From: Tubulanus polymorphus | Lineage: Eukaryota > Animalia > Nemertea | Length of the DNA: 64,000 nucleotides | Reading direction: 5' to 3' | Assembly: GCF_964204645.1 (NCBI RefSeq) | Contig: NC_134030.1 | Location: 15,252,110-15,316,109 of the forward strand | In this document: positions 32,931 through 45,440 of the stretch, in pieces | Numbering within the stretch: the stretch's first letter is position 1 | Layout of the letters: every line of letters starts with the position of its first letter | Program-made: the position numbers and the translations under genes | The notes under the pieces: generated by a model | Told to the model about the DNA's origin: nothing | Database searches by the model: none | The model's input: only the letters and a program-made list of their open reading frames with translations

Positions 32931-35900
32931 TTACATGTTCGGGCCACAGGAAAGACAAAAGCATATCTCAGTCAATGGTTCATCAGTCAAACCAACACAT
33001 TTCCAGTGAAACCATTGGTCACATGTATAGCACCCAATTGATTGATGTTTACTTGGGTTAGAGCTACAATTCTGTTTGCATACAGGACACCTCCATTGTC
33101 TTTGTATTTTTGTTCCTGCCATAATCTCAGATGGACTTTTCTCTTTCTAATCTTTACAGATATCTTTTAGTTTTAACTTCGCAATATTTTGAATACCAGG
33201 GGAACCAATATTGTTTTCTTATTTCTCCAAATCGACTTCATTGTTACATCTATTTACCTCTGATATTTTTTCTGTGACATTCTTATTTCTAGTCTTGTAT
33301 TTTACTCTTTTAACTCTATTGAATTATTATGTACAAGTTTAACATGTTTTTCTAAATGAGGTATACTAGAAAAAGATAAATTTACACCTGATGCCCAACA
33401 TATTGAGCACATAATAAGTTTTAAGTCATGGACAATAGATATATGTTTATTAAGCTCCAGACGACTTGAACAAATATAAGGAGATTCAGAATTATTTTTT
33501 ATGCATAACGAACATAGAACTGTCTTATTTGTGTCGACAGGAACATTTTTGTTTCTTCCAGGTCTGAAGTAACCTCACGTGTTTTTTTATCTACAGTCGA
33601 GTCTTCATTACCGATATCATCTTTATTATCAATACCTAAGTCGGGGTTTTCTTTATTATGATTCACTTGCAATTTACTTTCAGTTGGTTTATTCGGTATT
33701 GGTTCACTAATTACATTTTGTGACAAGTCAATCTTTTCATCGAGTTTTTCCTAATTTATACAATGCATCCGTGACAGTTTTATTAAATGAAACACTTCTT
33801 TTTGATAATCTTGTTCTTTTTCTACCACCATGTTGGTCACTCCAAGAAGCCTGGGGAAATGGAACATTTGGGCGATAGGGATCATAAACAACTGACTCAT
33901 CGGAAGACACCAAATCATATTTGCTGTCTTTAACAGTTCCACTGAGGTGTCGCGGGCCAAGATTGTGAGGCTGCCGTTTTGCCAGTTTACCTTAAAAAAG
34001 TCGAACCCCTAAATGACTTTCATCATGCATGATTTTCAATATCTTGCCTTCTTTTATAAATTCAAGCGCTTGTTGCTGAATGTGAAATATTTTTCTATTC
34101 ATCAATAAAATAACTAGAAAGGGACTGCCGAGATGGATAATTGTTGACTCCACTTTCAATTTTATGCGACAAGTAAGATGACATCAGTTCATCAACACTG
34201 TTTAGTTTCTTGATGTGAGCCATTAGGGCAAATAGATGTTTGCAGAAGTAAGGTTACCCCTTCATAATAAATGCTTCACAGCTACAAATACCAAGTTGAA
34301 GATTAACTACCGGTATATGAGAATTATCGCCTATTTTCTCTTGTATTGCATCCGGAACCAAGGTGAATAAATACTTAAAATAAAGATTCGTAGCAAGTCT
34401 CCAACATAACTGCAACATTTACTGATTATATCATTACTGTGTTCATTAGAGATCTGATTAAAATCACAGGAGGAGAGAAACTGACTACTTATAGGTGTAC
34501 TTGATGGTAATCTATCTTCTAACATTTGAAGGTCATTATCATAAGTGTCACTTTCAAAAAATTGATCAGGCAGCGGCTCATCTGAAAGCATTTTTTTCTA
34601 TTCGACTTTCTACGAGGACTTTTATAAACACCCCAACCATCTCCATCACACGCAACCAAAAATCCACCCTTTAACAATTCAAGTGCTCTATCACAGGTTT
34701 CTCGCACTAATGTCTTCTTTCGTATAGTTCGAATCTTCTCCGAAGATTTTTGGTAATTAAAATTGGCTGCTTTTAAATCATCATCAAATGCATAATGGAG
34801 CATTTTTACTACAAAAACTGATATCAAACGGTTGAGATGATTGCTGAAATATGTTGAATATATATCTTTTCGTTCAGTAACATTGTCTGTCATAAGAAGG
34901 GGATTGTGACGTTCAGTAGCTATGTTACAATATAGGCCTATTGGCTCAGCCTTAAATATGTCTGACCATGACCAATTTGTCTCAAGATAATTTATCAAAT
35001 TTTTTTTTTGAGTCATTACTTAGTAAATTTGAAGGATATTATTCTTTATGAAATTAAGAAATTCTTCAGCAAGGAAATTGCGAGAAGGTTCATTCCATGA
35101 GCACATAACACATTTAAATCCTGTCTCTAATGGCCTCATAAGCAATTTCAATTGTGAATTGTCATTCAAAGTACGTCGAATGCATTTTAAAGCATGAAAA
35201 TTACACAGTACAGACAGCAAACCATTTAATGATGCTCCCCTTTTAAGGGCAGTATCTTTGTCATGTTGAACCAGAGGAAAAAACCACAGCCATCATTGTA
35301 TATATATAGAACTCTCTAGGATGTTGACATTCTTTTCTTTGACAAGGTGTATTATTAGCACATAAAATCCGAAGCAACAGAACATGGGAATCTGCATCAT
35401 CAGAATTGCTCACTGAAGCTGCTGCTATACGACCTTCGTTTAAACTATCAGTAAATGTAATAAAGCTTGTATTGAATCTAACTGCATTGAAATCATGTTT
35501 AACATCCATTCCTATAACCGAACGCCCAAACTTTGATAAGTATGAAAGATTTTTTTCAGGAGCTAATACAAAATGATAATTTCTTTTAAAACTGCGATCT
35601 CCTCTTTCAAATAAAATCACCGATTCCACTTCAGTCTCTAATAGTTTTTCAGTATTGCGCCAATCTGAGCCAATCAAAGGGATATCATCTTGGCTTCCCA
35701 TACTTTTTTTAACAGCCTCCCTATCGATATAACGCAATCGGTCACTTACTTGCTTTATTGTATGATTTACTGAGGAGCTTTCCTCATTTTCATTTGACAA
35801 ATGGACTTTCTGTTGATTGTTTGTAGCGGAAAGAACTTGTTTTGGAGTAGCTTTATGTACAATTCGTTGTTGATCCCATTTATCTCTGGTTGTCAGGGAT

Positions 35901-38760
35901 GGACGCTTATTTAATTGTACATGGACATTCTTATGATATTTATCATTATCGCAATGTTTATATACCTTCCACATTGAAAGGTTATCACCGTATAAGACAA
36001 GCTTTAATTTCCAATCGCAAACTAGATGAGGGTGATGGAAGCGTTTTGATTGATCATTTAATCTTACCTGGGCAGGCCGATCCCTCTTTGTTCTCAATTT
36101 ATAATTGTAGCAAGTACTACAAAGTTTTCTACCATTAACATCTAAAACCCATTTCTGACTGGTCATAGATGCACAGTGTTCACAAATATTATTAGGCAAA
36201 TTCTAAGTTTAGACCACATGCAGTATAGTTCATAGCTGTTGTTGATCTGTCTAAACTACTAAGTAATTTGCCACATGCGGAGCGACAATCATTTGACTTC
36301 GATGAACATTTTATGATCAATTCAACAATTTTTCCATCAGGTTTTTCATTGATTCCTGATATGATTTTTCATCAAATCTATGAGTTTTCCCCCACCCAGC
36401 CTTTTCTGTTACCGATACTTTCATAGCTGTTTGATTCCCTGGATAAACAGCACACACATTTTTATTGTCAAACATTTTGACTTTTTAGGTGATATCAAAT
36501 GTAAATTTACTGAAATGATTTTTGGTTTCTACACCAGTTTCTAATACACCATCTTCTAACCACTGAATTTTATTTGATTCTTGAATCCAATTACAAGCCT
36601 CCTCATTGTTCAAAAACTCTTTCATTTTATCCAATGATATTTTATCATCATTACCAGCTTCTGTAAATGGGAATGTCTTATGCAACCGCTTTCCAGTTTT
36701 CAAAGTGACTTTCAATTTCAATGTATTTTTATTGTACCTGTATCGATGATGAATCATTGGTTTCCCTCTTATCAAGTTACTTACCTTGTTAAAACATTTT
36801 CCATCTACTACGGAGTAATTCTATCATCATCTTTGAATGACGTTTTTCTCACCTTTGATTCCGGTATTTCAAAATCATCATCATCATCAGGAATTGAAAT
36901 TATTTTTGTACATTTCCGCTTCAGTTTAGATGCTAAACAATTCTCTGTTCGAATCACTGGAGATTCAGTCGAAAAAATATGACTCAACTGAATTGATTGT
37001 CCAATTATCCAGTCAATAAGAACTTTGCGTATAAAATGTGAATGTTTGCTTATATCACGTATATACACAAGTTTTAAAGATACAGGACTGAAACTAGTTA
37101 GGTTTGAAAATTCCTCAATATCCTGGGCAGCAAGACATCCTATAAGAACAGCAGATGGACCGCAGACAGAACCACATGTTCGAATCGGATAAAGAGGTGC
37201 ACATGACCTACCACAATTGACAGTTGGGCGGCTTGTATTATGATGTTCAGCATCATGGCAACAAATTAGAGTGGGCAATGGTAGTTTTAAATTTGAACAT
37301 AATTCATTGATATTAGCCACTTATGCTATTGGACAAGACCATTCCAATGTGTCCAAATAAAAAAGCTTGTTGTTTACCTTATCATAAACCGCAAGGGCCC
37401 AATGATTAGTATTGTAGGCATTTAAAACAGAAACATTATTAATGCAACCAACATGAAGGAAAAGGATCATTCTATCACATTGTTCAATAGTTCCAAACCT
37501 TTTTAAAAGACTAAAGAAATTAACAGGGAAAATGTCTGATTAATAACATCAGCAAACACACGAGGAGAGGTATGATTAATCAAACTGGCAAAGGCGTGTA
37601 TAATCGAACCTTCGTACCATTTATCTAAATACATAGTTTGCAATTCATCAACTTGAGCACTGTAATTCATAAGTTGAATGAATCTTTCATCGGCCATTTT
37701 AGTTACACACTCAAAGAAATATCTTAAATTATTAGCACTGGTGACTGTTTCTGTAAGAGGGTGGTTGGAGGGCTCAAAATTAAACCAGTCACATACTTTC
37801 TTAAATTCATTTTTCTTTGCTTTGACAGTAGTTAAAAGATAAATAAACCTGTTTATCTCACCCAAACTAAAGCATCCATAATCAAGTTTTACATGTGCGT
37901 GCCCTGTTCCACTTGTCAGTCTATCTTGAAGTTGAGTTTTTATGTGGTTTTAGCTGGTTTAAAGGTGGTGTGTATCTTGACTGATCTGCTTTCTCGCACT
38001 CTTCATAACAAATAACAAAATCGACACTAGTTGATGATCTGGTTTCTGGAATATTGAATGTTGAAAAATGCTCAAGTCCATCGCTGAGTGCTGTTATCTC
38101 ATTAGGTGTTGTCTCTGCATTCACATCGCTGGTTTCATCATCGCTGATCAATATGACTTCCTCTTCATATCCATCACCCCTTGACCTTGAAATGATTTCC
38201 ATCAGTATCAATAATAAATTAGGGAAATGTTATTTTTTCATGACCACTCAAATTGATATTTACCTTGATTTAGCTTTCTTGCTCCTACAATTCTGTTCTA
38301 TATTTCCTATCAGCAATTTTTCTCTGAAAGGAAATTTAAAATCTTGCATTAATTATATTCACAACTTCATAAGTAGCGAGTCAAAGAACATCATAAAAAA
38401 CAGTAAAATTACCAAAAAAGATTATTAAGAGCCTAAAAACTTCTTATTCCGTAATTCATCAGTGCAGCTGTTGCGTATTCTGCCTTAGTAAGGCAATGAA
38501 TATAAGTAAGATACTCATGTTCATTGAAAATACAGTAATAAGTTTTAGAAATAATTTCAGCATTGCTTTACAATGTTTTTACCTTGATACATGGTGATCT
38601 ATCACATGATCTAACAATTCCATGTCATTTTCATAATGAAATTTGAGGCACCAACACTCCAGTCTCTTAGCAGGTTGACAAACAGCTGAATATGTTGAAG
38701 ACTGCTCACCAATCCAAATATCCTTCTTTGCTTTCTCAACAGTTAAACAATCATACCTGA
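32931..38760 (-). pseudogene. Decayed Mutator-like (MULE) transposase gene: Ulp1-like protease, GATA zinc finger, DDE, SWIM, PHD
   Basis: NHWALAVYD..FYLDT..CGSVCG (Ulp1 H-D-C, ~37140-37420); C-x2-C-x17-C-x2-C (36070-36185); IGMDVKHD, HDKD, CNFH, ATERHN (DDE); CSC..CKH (SWIM, ~34230-34295); C4HC3 PHD (32931-33122). Many stops and frameshifts. Confidence 0.8.
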
Positions 38761-38852
38761 AAAATAGAAAGGTTACATTGCCGTGAACTGAAGATTCTGA
38801 AGAAATGGTATCTGGTATCATGATTATTTACCGGTTTGTAGTCCTAAAATCA

Positions 38853-39470
38853 ATAAATGAGGAAATCCCACACTTCAAATTTTAAAATTAAACGATCAAA
38901 TTTATTATAATGAAACCACAACGTTTCGGCTGTTGACTAACAGCCATCATCAGGTGGAATGACCAGAAAAACAAGTAACAAAGCATATAAACTCACAGGA
39001 TCTAAAATAGAAGCAGTGTGTCAAAACTAAAGATAAACAGACCAAGCAATAAAACATCAAGGGTTACCGTAGAAACCACAGCAATTCAAAACAGTTCAGA
39101 GTAAAAACAAATTATGTAACTAAGTGAAGTGGACTGAAGATTTGGGCGATAACAGAGTGACACATAGTGACATTAACCCAAATCTTATAAAGAGTTGATG
39201 TGTCTGGATAATAATTGATTAAAACCAGTATTTAAATTAGTAGATAAATTGGATTTCGAAAGTTTACATATTAGGGCTGATTCCACTATGTGTCTCTTAT
39301 GAATATCTTTACAAGGATAAATAGGTTTCGAATTCTGAAAGTCAAATTGGTGATTGGTTGTAAAGACATGATTTGCTATTCCACTCTCAGGCTTTTGGTT
39401 GCGCATATCTATTTTGTGTTCTTTAATACGCTGACTAAGATTACGCCCCGTTTCGCCGATGTACATCATA
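38853..39470 (-). mobile_element. Penelope-like retroelement 3' fragment (GIY-YIG C-terminus + pLTR)
   Basis: ORF 39185-39469 YIGETGRNLSQRIKEH...HIVESALI. The downstream region matches 63545-63780 and contains a hammerhead. Confidence 0.88.
38916..38957 (-). ncRNA. Minimal hammerhead ribozyme (Penelope pLTR)
   Basis: CCAC-CTGATGA-TGGCTGTT(AGTC)AACAGCC-GAAA-CGTT-GTGG; core intact. Confidence 0.85.
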
Positions 39471-40118
39471 TTAAATTGTCTTCTAAAATAAATTCAGCCA
39501 CTGCTGTAGTGTTATCCTTTTGAATACGGATATGAACGAAAGATAATTTGGAGCAAAATCATTTAAGAGTCAAAAAGGCTGCCATTAGTTCAAGATAGTT
39601 AATATGAGCCTCAGCTACAATATCAGTCCAACGACCGCCTGTCGACCTACAATTTTTGAAAGCGCCTCCCAACCATTTTTTACCTTCATGACGTAGTCAT
39701 GAAGATTATAAGCAGGTAGTGAGTCGATGATGTCATTTTCGTGTCGCCACTTATAACTTGTTGGTGGGAGTTCAGAGGAAGATTTGTCAAACGATTCAAT
39801 ACTTTAATCTTATTTATGCCGAGTGTGAAATTTCGCTTTTTAAAAATATTTCCTTAAATTATTAGAAAATGCCGATAGTAAGACATAGGAAAGTTTTTAT
39901 TGTGAATGGGCGAATGACGGTGGCAGAGTCAACCTGTTATAAGGCGGAAATAGTTCCATGTGAAGGCAAAGCTTTTAAATGATAGGACAGTCCGAGGTGG
40001 TTTATCAACTTTTTTCAACTATAGTCCTGCTATTTTCCCAATCAAATTGCTAGATTTCGATCGTTTCTCATTAGTCAACACTTGTAATTCAAGTGTGATT
40101 TTGATGTTTTCCCGACCA

Positions 40119-41606
40119 CAGGGATGAGAATTCCCCACGGATCCACGGTTTCCTGCGGATTTCGGATTTGAAAAATATCGATTTTCCACAGTCCAAAAAA
40201 GATGTAAAAGTATGGGGGGGATGATGATCTCATTCAATTGGTCTGTCGTGATCGGTAATCAGGTGAACCGTAAAATCGTTCAGTGCCTGTTTTACTTATT
40301 GTCGCGTAAAAGTATCGCATTTCAATGCATATTCATTCAGGGATGAGAATTCCCCGCGGATCCGCGGTTTCCCGCGGATTTCAGTATTGAAAAATATCAA
40401 TTTTCCAAATAGTCCAAAAATGATGTAAAAGTATGGGGGGGGTGATGATCTCACTCAATTGGTCCGGCGCGATCGGTAATCAGGTGAACCGTAAAAGCGT
40501 TCAGTGCCTGTTTTACTTATCGTCACGTAAAAGTATCGCATTTCAATGCATATTCATTGCAACACAGTGATTTTGTTTGTACATTTGTACTACGATGAGT
40601 GTGTATGTATTTTATCGATCGGTTTCAGACACGCACGCACAGCAACAGTAGTAACGTATATAGGTCTACTTACTGTTGCTGCGTGATTGTGGCGAACGCT
40701 TTCGGATATTATACACTACTTGGTGATGATTTTTAGTGAGCATTCATCGGCGCATTTTTACTGCAATAATTCAGGGCTCGACCCGTAATGCATGAGATGC
40801 TGAATGTCATCGAATGAGGATGTACCACATTGGAACTAGCCATTACCTTCCAAAATATAATAGTCGTTCATGGGTTCAAGATCGCTCGGAAGTGCTCGGA
40901 AAGTGCTCTAAGTGCTCGGAAAACGTATTTAATTTCTAAAATTTTCTTGGGGGAGGGCCCACAAACCCCCCCGAAATAGCTTCGCGCCTTCGGCGCTCGC
41001 TAGTGCTGACGGCTATGCCGTCAGCTGGTTCGCGTATGTCACTCAAGAAAAATAACCCGCGGATTTTACAGGTCGGCGTTCTCATCCCTGATTCATTGCA
41101 ACACTGATTTTGTATCTACATTTGTACTACGATGAGTGTGTATGTATTTTATCGATCGGTTGCAGGCACGCGTGCGCAGCAACAGTAGTAATGCACATAG
41201 GCCTACCTACTGTTGCCGCACATGTGTGGCGAACGCCTTCAGATTTTATACACTACTGGGTGATGATGTTTAGTGAGCATTCATCAGCGCATTTTAACTG
41301 CAATAATTCAGGGCTCGACCCGTAATGCATGAGATGCTGAATGTCATCGAATGACGATGTACCACATTGGAACTAGCCATTACCTTCCAAAATATAATAA
41401 TCGTTCAGGGGTTCAAGATCGCTCTAAGTGCTCGGAAAACGCTTTTAATTTCTAAAATTTTCTTGGGGAAGGACCCCCAAACCCCCCGAAATCGCTTCGC
41501 GCTTTCGGTGCTCGCGAATGCTGACGGCTATGCCATCAGCTGGTTCGCGTGTGCAACTCGACAAAAAAAAAACTGCAGATTTTATAGGTCGGCGTTCTCA
41601 TCTCTG
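40119..41606 (+). mobile_element. CAGGGATGAGAA-TIR element with a second copy of itself nested inside (40338-41090)
   Basis: The inner copy is flanked by an ATTCATT duplication, the outer copy by GACCA(CA). Both match 17652-18385. Confidence 0.88.
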
Positions 41607-42074
41607 GACCACATAGAAAGATTCTTTCTAGTTTATGTTGATTTGACGAGAAAATTCGATGTTTATTTTTGACAGGTAAGAAATGAAAGTGTGACGAATA
41701 AAATTATATGAATGATGTTTGATGGGTAAATCCAATGTTTCATTTGATATTTCATCGTAAGTCTATGGATGTGCTACTTTTTTGGTCTACCTTTGTGCTT
41801 CGTCACTGTAGGTGAATGTGATTGGCTGTTTTTGGAATTCCCGTGCTACTAAAATATTCATGGGAAATTCCACGCATACGCGAGTGCTAATTATTTAAGA
41901 GACAGGCTGCGCCATAACCGCTTTCTCATACAGCACTGGCATTGAATGTTGAAATCAGATTGTTGACCTTTTCAAACCACTTCTCTAGTGGGCGTGGTGT
42001 GCCTGAACTGCTAGTAGAAAACTGGCTCATTCGATTTAATTGTGGAAAACTGAAAAGTTTAACTTCATTTCCAG

Positions 42075-42278
42075 TACTTCAGGGATGGCAACCAGTACGA
42101 ACATTGACCAATCAGGAGGTTCGCAACAAACGCTGCTTGATATATGACCAGGAAAAGTTGCGTCAAGAATCATTGATTCGAAGAATAGAGAAAATACAAG
42201 TAATTCGTAAAGGACCTACTGAAGATTTAACCCTCATCATGAATAAAAATTTGTCAACCCCTTATAATTGCGCCATGC
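42075..42278 (+). CDS. MRPL39: Mitochondrial ribosomal protein L39, internal coding exon
   Basis: ccag|...|gtaag. Encodes ..RNKRCLIYDQEKLRQESLIRRIEKIQV..LIMNKNLSTPYNCAM(H), matching MRPL39 (VMNKNISTPYSCAMH). Confidence 0.92.
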
Positions 42279-42429
42279 GTAAGTAAATTTAAGCTTGGGC
42301 GGGTTGTGCAGTCTCACTTCAGACTTCAGTCGAAATTTCAAGACTGATTTTTTAGATATATCACCTTATGTTCTTAGGTTGGTTCATTGTCATAACTGAT
42401 GTATAAATCATTATCATAAGCACATTAAT

Positions 42430-42810
42430 TTTTAGCCCATTTGGGACTTAAGTCTCAGCGGGCTATTGCCTTCAGTGAACTTCACTTTTCGTCTCTCTGT
42501 AAATAGAATCCAATTATTTTGGGAAGTTTTGTAGATGCTTCTATAGATTGTCTTGATATTTGGTTATATATGTATCTACCCTAGATACATCTTTGCCCAA
42601 AAACTGACCCGATCAGAATCAAGATGGCCCACTGGCAGCCATTGTTGTTCACTGCAATCAGCACTTTTCACACACTTATGAAGTTTTCAAGGGAAATTTT
42701 AAAGATACTTCCATCAATTATCTTAATCTTTCAGATATATTTTTTATCTCCCAAGGGCCAATCAGCATGCGAAAAATTGGGTTGATCTTGAGGAAAATAT
42801 CACTTAAAGT
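42430..42810 (+). mobile_element. HINE 5' fragment
   Basis: TTTAGCCCATTTGGGACTTAAGTCTCAGCGGGCTATTG and the following body match 53159 onward. Confidence 0.7.
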
Positions 42811-42996
42811 GTAATAATTTTTACGCCAGCCATAGGCTGAGCCGATTACTATACAAATGGAGCAAATGTAAATGACATGGTTTCCAGAGGAATGGCCCTT
42901 TGTGTAACTGAGCATATATTCATACAAATCATTCATTGAATAAAGTATTACCCAATCTCCAAATCCAAGGGAGCTGAATTTGGAAAAATTGCCTCG

Positions 42997-45440
42997 TGTT
43001 ACGACCAATTGAGAATCCTCTTGCAAATTCCTTGAAGTCAAGCATAATAGAAGAACGACTTCCACATTTCATGTAACAGCAATTTATTCTATGTAATACC
43101 GGTGTTGCCGTAACTCTCAAACTGCCTGCATGTTCACAAATCCAGATATTTATTTGAAGACTGTGAACACGCAGTACAGTCCCAGTGATTCTTAGCTCAC
43201 AATATATATATAGAAGTTATGCAGACAGTTTAACACAGAAATATGAATATGCAAGATAGAATACCATGGAGATTATATACATTTCACATACATAGACATA
43301 ACACACGCCCCCCTCCCCTCCCCCTTAAGAGGGTCAGTCAAATTTATTACAGCACAAACTACAGAATGAACTAAAAAATGTTCAGAATTTCTTCTTCAAA
43401 ATTCCATCTTCACAGTAATAGGCCTAAATGCAATTAGATTCTGGAAAGAGTGTCGGTTATCACATTATTCTTGCCACGAATATGATGAATCTCAGGATTA
43501 TATTCTTGTAACATAAGACTCCATTTCATTAATCTTTATTACGGTTACACATTGATTTCAGAAATGTTAACGGTATGTGGTCCGTAAACACGAGTAGTGG
43601 AAACATTCTCATTGATGTATACCCATTAAAATGTTCAAAAGCGAGTACAAGTGACAAATATCTTTCTCGATTGTTGAGTAATTCAATTGTGCACCAGCAA
43701 ACTTCTTAGAATAATAACATACCGGATGGTCGATATCATTTTCATCAGTTTGAACTAATACCGCACCCGTGCCAATGTCGGAAGCATCAACAATCAATTT
43801 AAATTGCTTGTCGAAATCTGATGCTAACAAGACAGGACTACAAGTTAACAAACTCTTCACAGATTCAAAAGCAATCTGACACTCCTTTGACCAGATCAAT
43901 TTAACGTCTTTCTTCAGTAAATTCGTTAATGGTTGAGCTACTGATGAAAAGTTTCTGCAAGACTTTCTGTAATATCCAGCCATTCCAAGAAATCTCATGA
44001 TACCCTTCTTATCTACAGGAACCGGATAATCAATAATAGTTTGAATTTTAGCTGAAATTGGTTTGACATGTCCTTCACCAACTGCGTGACCCAAGTATCT
44101 AACAGTCGCTTTTCCGAATTCACTCTTAGATAGATTAATGGTGAGATTTGCAGTGGTCAGATTTTGAATCAAACCACGCACTTGTTCAGGATTTTCATTC
44201 CAATCAGCAGAAAAGACAACGATGTCGTCCAAATAGACAATCACACACACTAACCCTTTAACCCTTTCAGTGCTGGCTTATTAATACCCTATAGTGCTGA
44301 AGATAATTTGAAAATTCTGAAAAATTCCACCCTAGTGTGTTGAATAACGGGAATAGCACTATAGTGTTTCTACACCCTGGCACGGTATATCGTTAGTTAC
44401 TAATATTTCACTATATTAGACAGGTGCTGCCATCTTTCAAGAGAGATAATTAGTAATTACTAATTAAATCAATACACCGCAGTGCGGTGTTCTAGCAAAA
44501 TCCATCACTGATTCATACACCGCACTGCTTTGTTCATTAATCTTTGGAAAGAAGCGGCTGAGTTTTTCATACCAAAAGGCATGACCTTATGCTGAGACAA
44601 CCCATCAGGAGTTACGAAAGAAGGTATCTCTTTCGCACGGTCAGTCAGTGGAACTTGCCAGTACCCATTATTTAGATCAAACTTTGATACAAATTTGGCT
44701 TTGCCGATTTTATCAATAAGGTCGTCAATTTTAGGCATCAGTTAATAATCAGTTTTAGTTAGTGAATTAGCTTTCCTATAATCGGTGACAAAACGCTCTT
44801 TCCGCCAGGTTTAGGCACATGGATACATGGTGAGCTCCACTGACTGTCGCTAGGCTCAGCTACTCCTAATTTCAACATTTCGATCACTGATGTCTGCCTT
44901 TTCAGGATTAAGACGGTAATTATGTTGTTTAACAGGGCGAGAATTACCAACATAAACATCATGTTTTAAAAGATAGTCAAACCAGGTTTTTGTGTGAATA
45001 GATGTTTATATTCAATTAGCAAATCAGTTAATTGAACCTTTTTGTCAGATTCTAAACGCTCTGAATGACAATTAATCTTTTCGAGAAAATTATCATTTTT
45101 TACAGTTTTTTCAACATTGTTACTGCCCAAACTACTACGGTCCAAATAGTCATCGAATTCATAACAATCATCAACATTTTCGACTAAACTATTTACAGTT
45201 TGAACACTAGAATACGATTCTGAGACTAACGGTCGGTTTAAAGACATGCAAGATTCCACTTTCTCTTTATACGGTTTAAGCATATTTATATGACACAATT
45301 GCAATTCTTTTCGGCGATCAGGAGTTTGTATAAGATAGTCAACATCATTTAATCGCTTTTGAACTATGTATGGACCGTGGAATTTGCAGTCAATGAATTG
45401 GACTGAATAGGGAAGAGTACTAAAACTTTATCATCACAGG
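42997..45440 (-). mobile_element. Ty3/gypsy LTR retrotransposon 3' half, Gmr1-like order (INT-RT-RNaseH), with PPT and 3' LTR
   Basis: GPY..CHINMLKPY integrase tail (~44966-45440) lies upstream of RT (SQWSSP, FDLNNGYWQ, MPFGMKN, YLDD) and RNase H (DASDIG). PPT at ~43306-43326; LTR TGTTA...TAACA at 43303-42997. Degenerate. Confidence 0.88.
44258..44500. mobile_element. Short piggyBac-like (TTAACCCTTT) insertion interrupting the gypsy RT
   Basis: Non-coding insert between MPFG and YLDD beginning TTAACCCTTTCAGTGCTG; right TIR not evident. Confidence 0.5.

Noticed and set aside
41942-42074. 5' part of the 114-aa ORF as MRPL39 N-terminus
   Set aside because: Starts at a TTG and precedes a good acceptor (ttccag) at 42074; likely intronic read-through.
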